From a virus (Duplodnaviria; Heunggongvirae; Uroviricota; Caudoviricetes), in the IMG/VR virus record IMGVR_UViG_3300029060_000171, positions 1 to 12,610 of that record: DNA of 12,610 nt. One strand, given 5' to 3'. This document shows, piece after piece, positions 1-5,973 of this stretch (positions are counted from its first letter, which is position 1; each line of letters starts with the position of its first letter). The translations under genes and the position numbers were made by a program. A model generated the notes under the pieces. That model did no database searches. It had not been told where the DNA came from and worked only from the letters and a program-made list of their open reading frames with translations.

Positions 1-327
1 CTTCAGAGAACCCGTAATTATTCCCGGTAGTTTTCCTCTGTAGGTTATCAACACATCCTGCGCCTCTAAAATTACGGGGCGCTTTTCCGGCGACTGCTCA
101 TCCCCTTCACATAACCCGGCAGCAACATCCAGGAAGACCTGTCTGATGCTCCTTCTGGCTGCTGCCTCATAAAACTCCAGCGCGGCACCTTCAACACGGT
201 CCAGCGAGATGTCCAGGTCAAAAATTTCACCGTCAAAGCGTTTTTTGTCCCGTAACGCTAAAGTTACCGTAACTTTATTCTCAAAATTGCGGATCCCTTT
301 CACAATCAGTTCATAGTTTTGAGTCAT
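1..327 (-). CDS. uncharacterized phage lysis-cassette protein, C-terminus truncated by window edge (109 codons visible; N-term MTQNYELIVKGIRNFENK)
   Basis: ATG at 327..325 on minus strand with GGGGAGAG Shine-Dalgarno about 7 nt upstream. Frame stays open to position 1. Starts 5 bp after the holin stop. N-terminus is not hydrophobic, so this is not a SAR endolysin. It occupies the holin-to-endolysin slot where DUF1327/YdfR-type genes sit in Qin-type cassettes; that family assignment is from memory and unverified. Confidence 0.55.
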   Translation of the reverse strand, partial: MTQNYELIVKGIRNFENKVTVTLALRDKKRFDGEIFDLDISLDRVEGAALEFYEAAARRSIRQVFLDVAAGLCEGDEQSPEKRPVILEAQDVLITYRGKLPGIITGSLK

Positions 328-331
328 TGAA

Positions 332-547
332 TTACTCTCCCCGTGCAGCCTTACGACGGTCCTCTCTGATTTTGAAATACAGGTTAGTCAGATATGTCAG
401 CAGCCCAAACAGCAGACTCCCCAGCACGCCTATTGCCGCCCACTGAGACGGGGAAACCCTGTCCAGCAACTGCAGGAACCAGTAGCCCGTTCCCACCGCT
501 GACGTGGTGTATGACACACCTGTTGTGATTTTTTCCATCTGGTACAT
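332..547 (-). CDS. S: class II holin, phage 21 S21-type pinholin (71 aa; 68-aa form from internal Met-4)
   Basis: Translation [71 protein letters not shown] is near-identical over most of its length to the phage 21 pinholin as I recall it ([22 protein letters not shown]...[22 protein letters not shown]). Two in-frame Met codons three codons apart (M1, M4) match the antiholin/holin dual-start design. GGGAG Shine-Dalgarno upstream of M1. Confidence 0.85.
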   Translation of the reverse strand: MYQMEKITTGVSYTTSAVGTGYWFLQLLDRVSPSQWAAIGVLGSLLFGLLTYLTNLYFKIREDRRKAARGE

Positions 548-622
548 ACCCCGTCTCCCGCAATCCGGAAGCTCACAACAACAAGTGGGGCATCAGCTCA
601 CACCGACACCCCCTGCGCATGG

Positions 623-868
623 TTACATCATCATTTCGCTGTCAGGTGTGGGTTCACCGCCATCTGAAGCACTCCCGTCACCCGCGATACCTTCCGGCTC
701 CAGAACCGCTGGTACGCCCAGCAGCTCATCCAGAATGGCATCCACTTCTGCATCAAGACGCGCCTCAAGGTTCTGGCGGAGTTTCTGTTTCAGTGCGCTC
801 AGGACTTCTTCAGAGCGCAGGACTTCCTTCACTGCCTCAGCAGTGACCAGGGATGTGATTTCTGACAT
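623..868 (-). CDS. small acidic helical protein of unknown function (81 aa, MSEITSLVTAEAVKEVLRSEEVLSALKQ...)
   Basis: The six-frame track gives 623..1042, but the first ATG with a plausible context is at 868..866; the longer form has no start signal. Highly acidic C-terminal tail. Sits between the esterase and the holin. Start and reality both uncertain. Confidence 0.4.
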   Translation of the reverse strand: MSEITSLVTAEAVKEVLRSEEVLSALKQKLRQNLEARLDAEVDAILDELLGVPAVLEPEGIAGDGSASDGGEPTPDSEMMM

Positions 869-905
869 GGGATTTTCTCGTTGAAAGGTGTTGTCAAGAA
901 AGTGA

Positions 906-1088
906 CTACGGAATGAGCGGATCTTCGGGTTTGCTTCCGGCTGACTGACTGGCGCTGATTCTCTCAGCGGCCCTTTTATCAATCTGCCTGCGCCAGAAAT
1001 CGCGCACTGCCCTGTACCCACCCGAAAGAAGATACATAACACAGACTGCCGTACAGAAGTACAGCATCACCTGATGAATAAATGTCAT
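906..1088 (-). CDS. small putative membrane protein (60 aa, single N-terminal hydrophobic helix then basic tail)
   Basis: ATG at 1088..1086. N-terminal stretch IHQVMLYFCTAVCVMYLL is transmembrane-like. No strong Shine-Dalgarno, so low confidence. Confidence 0.3.
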   Translation of the reverse strand: MTFIHQVMLYFCTAVCVMYLLSGGYRAVRDFWRRQIDKRAAERISASQSAGSKPEDPLIP

Positions 1089-1185
1089 AATTTCTTACCG
1101 TTATGGTTGACAATGAGAACTGTTTTCATTTAAAAAACCGATATACGAAAGCATCTTTTCTTTACATTCTCCATTGGGATTACCT

Positions 1186-1223
1186 CCGCCAGCTTCCATT
1201 CCTGCCGCTGGCGGCCTTTTTTT
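1186..1223 (+). terminator. strong plus-strand intrinsic terminator: 8-bp GC stem CCGCCAGC/GCTGGCGG (1186..1193 / 1207..1214) followed by CC and T7
   Basis: Perfect inverted repeat followed by a T7 run at 1217..1223 on the plus strand. It directly abuts the stop codon (1225..1227) of the minus-strand esterase gene. On the minus strand the hairpin has no U-tract, so it is effective only against plus-strand (antisense) transcription. Confidence 0.5.
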
Positions 1224-1224
1224 A

Positions 1225-3186
1225 TCATGCCGCGGCATCCGCGTTGTTCACTTCCACCTTCACACTGTCAATCAGCAGCGTATATGTCGCCGCCTTTGAT
1301 ATGCCTGTCAGTTGCAGTTTGTCCGCCGCCCCTGATGCCGGAGATTTCACCAGTGTGAACGGCGTCCCCCGTTTCTCATCCAGTACCGGCGTCACCTGAA
1401 TGCTGTTGTTTCCGGCAAACTCAAAAGCCAGTGTGTGCCATCCGTTATCAAAGACCCCGAACGTATCCAGCTTCGCATTCGGCTTCTTGTGGTGCATCGC
1501 GTTCAGGTTCGTCGCATCCGTCTGCAGGAAGAAGGACATCAGCATGTCGTTGCCTTCCTCTGCCAGCGTCACTCCCTCCGGCAGGGACGACAACTGCCAG
1601 TAAATGCCCAGGGCAAACTGATTCGGCACCAGTGAACCCGGCAACTTAAACCGTACGCTCACACGTCCTCCTTTCTTCAGCAACTCTGCCCCCTGCCCGG
1701 CTGCATCATGCTCCAGAAACCAGATGTGGTTTTCCGGTTTATTCAGTTGCAGGGCCTTACCTCCCGTAGCCCCCGCATCACTGACCACCGCTTCAGCAAT
1801 GTTTTTGTTAACATTGTCTCCGCTCGCCGGTTTGTGATAATAGCGCCAGCCCTGTGATGCCAGGTCTTCGCCGGACGCCAGCAGACTCATCAGGGTTCGG
1901 TTACTGACCGGACCTTCCGGCTCTCTCTCCGTACCTTCACCGGAAGGTCCGGTGGGCTTCACCGTATCAGGCTGTTTTCCGGTAATGAATTCAGCGGTTC
2001 TCCCGGCATGCACAAGAATCGCCGTTGCCAGACGGTCGGAAATAATCCCACGACGTGCCCATGATCCAAAATGCGTTTTACGGTCAGCCGTCGTCCAGGT
2101 TTTGGCGTCCGTTCGACCACCGGCTCCGTAATACCCAATATCCGCAACATCCGGATCTTCTGACGGCTCGTTGGTACCCACATTTCGCCCGTTTTCATCC
2201 GTCATAAACGGCACAAAGAAGATTTTTTTTGCGGATTTCGTCTTATATGCACCATACACCGCATCGTATTGCGAAGAATAAGTCTGCTTCCAGTAGTAGG
2301 TCGTGTCGCCACAAATCCAGGGAACTGATGACGGAGAGCCCCCGAGACACTGACCTCCGAATTCCGACAGGTCAGAACGATATTTTTCCACCATGGAATC
2401 AAACAGCCCCGGCTGAGTGGCGTATGCACCCTGTTTCAAATCAAACTCGCCCTGCATCCAGACCACTGCAAGCAGAATATTTTTAGGGTTGGCCTTCAGT
2501 GCGGCCTGAGTACGGGTAAGCAGGTCCTTGTACAGTGGCTTATCTACACCCCAGCGTGCCGAGGTCTCGCTTGCGCCGGTGGATTCGCTGAAGGTACCTT
2601 CATCGCCCGCCAAAAATGCAGAACCACCACGGCAGCACGGAACCAGAAGAATACCGGCATTCGCCGGAATAAACGGCAACAATTTCTTCGCGATATGTAA
2701 TCCCTGCCCCACGCATCCATACTGAGCTGCGCTGGCTTTCGGGTGTGAAAACTTACTCAAATCCTGAACATCATGCAGGCAGTGGTCCGCAGGAATAATG
2801 TCATTGTAGTTACAGGACGCACCACCCGGCGTGACAGTGCTGCGACGCGCCAGCTGTTTAATACGCGGGTCCGGACGGTCATATGTCTCCGGCAGCGGAA
2901 GCCCTTCACCATACGCCATACCGTTTGACTGCCCGGCCAGGGCAACAACAAAGTAATACTCCGGGTTGCTGGTAGTGCTGATAACTGCGCCTTCTCCATC
3001 CGACGACTTCACCACCACAGGTGTGGTGACATCACCTTCCGCCGTAATGGCCTGCATCAGGGTATAAGGCGTGATGGCCACCGGACTGCCAAATGGCTGC
3101 CACCCCTCCTTCAGTTTTTGTGTCAGTCGTTTCGCAAGGTCTGACGGCGATGCCGCCCTGACCACGTCATAGTGTTTAAATGCCAT
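1225..3186 (-). CDS. nanS-p: prophage NanS-p-type sialate O-acetylesterase (9-O-acetyl-N-acetylneuraminate esterase): N-terminal DUF1737-like region, central SGNH/sialate-esterase-like domain, C-terminal lectin-like region; 653 aa
   Basis: ATG at 3186 with GGGAGGA Shine-Dalgarno 4 nt upstream. Size and layout match the 640-660-aa esterases found downstream of the tRNA/stx position in EHEC lambdoid prophages. Family call is by recall of that architecture, not by alignment. Confidence 0.75.
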   Translation of the reverse strand: MAFKHYDVVRAASPSDLAKRLTQKLKEGWQPFGSPVAITPYTLMQAITAEGDVTTPVVVKSSDGEGAVISTTSNPEYYFVVALAGQSNGMAYGEGLPLPETYDRPDPRIKQLARRSTVTPGGASCNYNDIIPADHCLHDVQDLSKFSHPKASAAQYGCVGQGLHIAKKLLPFIPANAGILLVPCCRGGSAFLAGDEGTFSESTGASETSARWGVDKPLYKDLLTRTQAALKANPKNILLAVVWMQGEFDLKQGAYATQPGLFDSMVEKYRSDLSEFGGQCLGGSPSSVPWICGDTTYYWKQTYSSQYDAVYGAYKTKSAKKIFFVPFMTDENGRNVGTNEPSEDPDVADIGYYGAGGRTDAKTWTTADRKTHFGSWARRGIISDRLATAILVHAGRTAEFITGKQPDTVKPTGPSGEGTEREPEGPVSNRTLMSLLASGEDLASQGWRYYHKPASGDNVNKNIAEAVVSDAGATGGKALQLNKPENHIWFLEHDAAGQGAELLKKGGRVSVRFKLPGSLVPNQFALGIYWQLSSLPEGVTLAEEGNDMLMSFFLQTDATNLNAMHHKKPNAKLDTFGVFDNGWHTLAFEFAGNNSIQVTPVLDEKRGTPFTLVKSPASGAADKLQLTGISKAATYTLLIDSVKVEVNNADAAA

Positions 3187-3368
3187 GAATCCTCCCGGCC
3201 GGGATAATATTGTGAGTAAAATAAGGAGCGGGCTGAAGTCCGGAAGTTACAGGACAATGGCAGAAGAGAGACGACAGCCCGCAATTCGAAAAAGACCGCG
3301 CAGTTGCGCAGCCTTATGAATTCTGGTTAAAATCCATTCGATTATAAAAATGTATATCTCATGCTGTT

Positions 3369-3425
3369 GCCCGAACCCACTCGGGCTTTTTTTTGCCCAC
3401 AAGAAAGCCCCTCCGGAGAGGGGCT
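3369..3425. terminator. pair of opposed hairpins: plus-strand terminator GCCCGA-ACCCAC-TCGGGC + T8 (3369..3394), and an 8-bp perfect hairpin AGCCCCTC-CGGA-GAGGGGCT (3406..3425) that on the minus strand is followed by UUCUUGU
   Basis: Both inverted repeats were read directly. The first is a textbook plus-strand terminator. The second is a possible weaker minus-strand terminator. Located in the tRNA-to-esterase intergenic region. Confidence 0.45.
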
Positions 3426-3639
3426 AAAGCCGCGTATCTGTATCATCATGCACATGATGCCGGGTGCCTCCCGGTGAGTTCAGTATCAGCACCTGAACCC
3501 GCACAGAAAGGATAAGGGGCGGTGACAAAACACCAGTTGCTGATTGCCCCTCCGCACAGGGGGATTCACCATGCCAGTTTCTTTTAACAAACTCCCCGCA
3601 AAACAGACAACTGTCAACCGTCTGAATTGTGAGACATTT

Positions 3640-3667
3640 AAAAAAAAGCCCGCAAAAGCGAGCCGGG
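3640..3667 (-). terminator. intrinsic terminator immediately downstream of the tRNA trio (minus strand: stem GCUCGC/GCGGGC, loop UUUU, then U8)
   Basis: The plus strand reads A8-GCCCGC-AAAA-GCGAGC; on the minus strand that is a 6-bp stem (one G-U pair) plus an 8-U tract, 12 nt after the 3' end of the last tRNA. Confidence 0.55.
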
Positions 3668-3678
3668 AAAAATAAGTC

Positions 3679-3755
3679 TGGCGCGTTGTACTGGATTCGA
3701 ACCAGTGACCGATTGCTTAGAAGGCAATTGCTCTGTCCGGCTGAGCTAATAACGC
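3679..3755 (-). tRNA. tRNA-Arg (anticodon UCU), CCA encoded
   Basis: Reverse complement folds as a cloverleaf: acceptor GCGTTAT/ACAACGC (one mismatch), D-arm GCTC..GAGC, anticodon stem ATTGC/GCAAT with loop CTTCTAA, T-arm ACTGG-TTCGAAT-CCAGT, then G-CCA. Matches the argO/argN-type rare-codon tRNAs carried next to Q in Stx-like phages. Confidence 0.8.
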
Positions 3756-3768
3756 AGGGTACAGATAA

Positions 3769-3845
3769 TGGACCGCCTTCGGGGACTCGAACCCCGCGCA
3801 ACCAGCTTCGAAGGCTGGCGCTCTTTCCTGATGAGCTAATGGCGG
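3769..3845 (-). tRNA. tRNA-Arg (anticodon UCG), CCA encoded
   Basis: Cloverleaf with anticodon stem CCAGC/GCTGG and loop CTTCGAA, T-arm CGGGG-TTCGAGT-CCCCG, acceptor CCGCCAT/AAGGCGG (one mismatch; unusual C1). The fold was read by hand, so the anticodon call is less certain than for the flanking tRNAs. Confidence 0.65.
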
Positions 3846-3852
3846 TATGTGA

Positions 3853-3928
3853 TGGTGGCCCTTGCTGGATTTGAACCAGCGACCTGGCGATTATGAGTCG
3901 CTCGCTCTCACCACTGAGCTAAAGGGCC
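3853..3928 (-). tRNA. tRNA with CAU anticodon, most likely tRNA-Ile2 (lysidine type, ileX/ileZ-like) rather than tRNA-Met
   Basis: Sequence GGCCCTTTAGCTCAGTGGTGAGAGCGAGCGACTCATAATCGCCAGGTCGCTGGTTCAAATCCAGCAAGGGCCACCA differs at only a handful of positions from E. coli tRNA-Ile2 (ileX) as I recall it. Anticodon loop CTCATAA. Confidence 0.8.
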
Positions 3929-3956
3929 GAGCCAAAAAATAATAATCAGATGAAAA

Positions 3957-4670
3957 TCAATAATCAAGCCCTTGCCTGGATACATATCTGTCTGGCGGGA
4001 AGCCATAATAGCGGTGAAATACAGAAATAAAGTAGGACCTGCTTGAATAACCGCATTTTTCTGCTATAGCCTGTCCATATCCATGCCGGGAACATAACAT
4101 ATTTACAGCAACACGCATCCGCTCTTCCAGCAACAAGCGACTGAACATGCCCCCTTCATTTTTCAGTTTTGTCTTTAACAAACTCTCACTCATATGCAAC
4201 TGTAGAGCAATCGCACCAAGCGTCCAGCTTGCTGATATATCTGTCTGAATTATCGCCCTGACTTTGGCACTTATGCTGGATAAACATCCACTTAAAAACA
4301 ATGACATCCGTTCATCTGTTTCAAACAGAGACAGGCAGGCCATCATAAGAAACATATCCGTGGCCTCTCCGGAAAATCCCTGGCTGGTAATTAAAGCCGC
4401 AGCCAACGCAGGATTGTTGGGTTCCAGCAACAGGTAAAGCGGAATGTCAGTCAGACGAGTCCTCGTCAGCTTATGCTGACTTTCCAGATATTGACTTACG
4501 ACGGATTCGCTTATATCGACAATTTTAACTTTGCCATAATGCATAAGGAAAAGCTCCCTGATGCATTTGGTGGCCAGAACAACTGAGCCTGGCTTAAGTG
4601 ACAACGTATCCTTTTCAAGAAAAATATTAATTGGGGAGCAAACCATGATAACTGAACAGACAACAGCCAT
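3957..4670 (-). CDS. AraC/XylS-family transcriptional regulator (237 aa), prophage cargo
   Basis: C-terminal 100 aa carries the two-HTH AraC signature (WTLGAIALQLHMSESLLKTKLK...YGQAIAEKCGYSSRSYFISVFHRYYGFPP). AT-rich codon usage. A perfect TATAAT (minus strand, at 4706..4711) lies about 35 nt upstream of the ATG. Could belong to the prophage-encoded AraC-like regulators reported in EHEC (Psr/PatE type), but I cannot confirm identity. Confidence 0.8.
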   Translation of the reverse strand: MAVVCSVIMVCSPINIFLEKDTLSLKPGSVVLATKCIRELFLMHYGKVKIVDISESVVSQYLESQHKLTRTRLTDIPLYLLLEPNNPALAAALITSQGFSGEATDMFLMMACLSLFETDERMSLFLSGCLSSISAKVRAIIQTDISASWTLGAIALQLHMSESLLKTKLKNEGGMFSRLLLEERMRVAVNMLCSRHGYGQAIAEKCGYSSRSYFISVFHRYYGFPPDRYVSRQGLDY

Positions 4671-4790
4671 TATAATTTTACTTTCATTAGCAATTGGTTA
4701 GCTCAATTATAGCCCCAAAAGGTAAATTATCATCAACACATAAGCAAAGGACTGACAGGTGTCGCCCCCCCACCAGCCGCCCATTCACCA

Positions 4791-4818
4791 CAAATAAAAA
4801 GCCTTCAGGACTGAAGGC
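4791..4818 (-). terminator. intrinsic terminator overlapping the stop codon of the 65-aa ORF (stem GCCTTCA/TGAAGGC followed on the minus strand by UUUUUAUUUG)
   Basis: Perfect 7-8-bp inverted repeat at 4801..4818, with an A-run on the plus strand at 4791..4800 (a U-run on the minus strand). Confidence 0.5.
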
Positions 4819-5002
4819 GTCTGTAACAACCGCACTGATAGTCTGCCAGACCCGCCATAACAAGCTGGGTCAGTATTAACTGGCAGCGTTCGCGTGAAAG
4901 GTAAGTATTCTGCGCAATCTCCCCGACTGTCGCCGGTTCGGTAACGCTTAATTCATCAAACACAACTCTGGCGGTTTCTGTCATATCCTGCTGTTTCAGC
5001 AT
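4805..5002 (-). CDS. small HTH/winged-helix-like protein of unknown function (65 aa)
   Basis: ATG at 5002 with GGAAAGGG about 9 nt upstream. Segment VGEIAQNTYLSRERCQLILTQLVMAGL looks like an HTH recognition helix. Ends in its own terminator. Confidence 0.45.
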   Translation of the reverse strand: MLKQQDMTETARVVFDELSVTEPATVGEIAQNTYLSRERCQLILTQLVMAGLADYQCGCYRRLQS

Positions 5003-5122
5003 GTCTTTTTACCCTTTCCGGTTAACGTGACATACCAATAACTCTTGTCTAAAAAGCCAGCAAGATAAAAAGCCAGTATTCACGACCACCAGCGTGTTTA
5101 CTGTACTGCACCAAGTTTACAG

Positions 5123-5150
5123 GTACAAAAAACCCGCTCAGTGGCGGGTT
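5123..5150 (-). terminator. intrinsic terminator about 130 nt downstream of the 205-aa gene (minus strand: AACCCGC-CACUGA-GCGGGUU then UUUUGU)
   Basis: 7-bp stem read directly at 5131..5150; U-rich tract on the minus strand. Confidence 0.55.
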
Positions 5151-5280
5151 TAAGTTGTGTGGCGAAGTAACCACTCTTAACACACTAATAGCATTTTTGT
5201 TATAACACAAGTAACTCATTCAGTATTTTTAGAATCTTGACTTTCTTAAGCACGGCGAACTCTGAATACCAAACATAAAA

Positions 5281-5898
5281 TCAATTATCTTCCAGGCCGG
5301 ATGCTATCAACGAAAGCCTCTCAAAAAACGCTGTAGCAGCCTTGTCCAAAGTTGAATAAGTACTGTATTCTCCGTGTTCGGGACCAACCACTACCCATGG
5401 TCGTCTTTTTGGGATTCGGGACTTCTCAGAAATCACTGTTCCAGATATACCAATATCAATTGTTACACCTGTTATTATTTTCTCTTCATCTCTTTCCCTG
5501 AACTCAATTGCCATAAATGCCGTTTTTTTTCGTTTCCCGTTTTTAAAAAAATCAAATAAAGCAAAGCGATGCTCATTAAAATCAACACCCCATCGTCCTT
5601 CAGGATAAAGGGCATGAAAGTTGTCATTTACGCTCTGCATCGTCTCATAAGCTTTAACTTCTAAATCTCCATAGTGCATAGATACCGCGCAGGAGTCACT
5701 GGGTAACTGTATTTTCCCAAGATTGAAAACCTTTACTGCTCCAGAACTATGGCATCTTGCCCGCAATTTATCCCCATTTATACTAATCGGAGAAATATTC
5801 CTTAATGTTCCGGGCTGGCTCCCTCCTAAGTAAACGACTGTTAAAGATTGCTTATTTTCAATTGCATCAACTAATACATGCTCTACATTTTTATCCAT
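5281..5898 (-). CDS. hypothetical protein, 205 aa, no recognisable family; AT-rich orphan cargo gene immediately downstream of Q
   Basis: The track ORF 5281..5925 starts at an ATG with no Shine-Dalgarno (it is preceded by CCUCC). The in-frame ATG at 5898..5896 has a GGGAGG Shine-Dalgarno 5 nt upstream, so MDKNVEHVLVDAIENK... is the likely start. Flanked by a 5' hairpin and a 3' terminator. Confidence 0.7.
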   Translation of the reverse strand: MDKNVEHVLVDAIENKQSLTVVYLGGSQPGTLRNISPISINGDKLRARCHSSGAVKVFNLGKIQLPSDSCAVSMHYGDLEVKAYETMQSVNDNFHALYPEGRWGVDFNEHRFALFDFFKNGKRKKTAFMAIEFRERDEEKIITGVTIDIGISGTVISEKSRIPKRRPWVVVGPEHGEYSTYSTLDKAATAFFERLSLIASGLEDN

Positions 5899-5900
5899 AA

Positions 5901-5935
5901 TAACCTCCCAATGAACAGGTATCATCAGGAGGTTA
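5901..5935 (-). promoter_or_regulatory. Shine-Dalgarno-sequestering hairpin in the 5' leader of the 205-aa gene (mRNA: UAACCUCC - 19-nt loop - GGAGGUUA - UU - AUG)
   Basis: Perfect 8-bp complementarity between 5928..5935 and 5901..5908. The downstream arm is the Shine-Dalgarno itself, and the start codon begins 2 nt after the stem. Confidence 0.5.
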
Positions 5936-5973
5936 TAATAAAATATGATTATTTACTTTGATTGAATTTATTA

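Noticed and set aside
504-884. Plus-strand ORFs in the track (504..884, 619..846, 1103..1399, 1400..1649, 2229..2486, 6270..6650, 6610..6882, 7013..7270, 8909..9709, 9663..10051, 10845..11084 and others)
   Set aside because: All lie antisense to minus-strand genes that have clear homology or start signals. They have no convincing ribosome-binding sites and are typical shadow ORFs.
623-1042. Long forms of several track ORFs (623..1042, 5281..5925, 5974..6360, 7360..8187, 9053..9739)
   Set aside because: The extended starts are GTG/TTG or ATG codons without Shine-Dalgarno sequences, while internal ATGs a few codons downstream have strong ones. The shorter coordinates were used.
3571-3672. 33-codon plus-strand ORF with an AGGGGGA Shine-Dalgarno (MPVSFNKLPAKQTTVNRLNCETFKKKPAKASREK)
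   Set aside because: It overlaps the tRNA terminator, lies on the opposite strand to everything else and has no recognisable features; probably chance. It is noted only as a possibility within the intergenic finding.
3187-3678. stxA/stxB (Shiga toxin) genes downstream of the tRNA trio
   Set aside because: The interval is only about 490 bp and contains no ORF of suitable size, so the toxin slot is empty in this prophage.
3424-3874. ORFs overlapping the tRNA genes (3424..3801 minus strand, 3629..3874 plus strand)
   Set aside because: They run through three cloverleaf tRNA genes and an intrinsic terminator, so they are artefacts of the open frame.
5899-5973. Late promoter pR' in the Q-to-cargo intergenic region
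   Set aside because: Only weak matches were found (a TATTAT with no acceptable -35). I could not support a promoter call from sequence alone, so it is mentioned as a hypothesis, not annotated.
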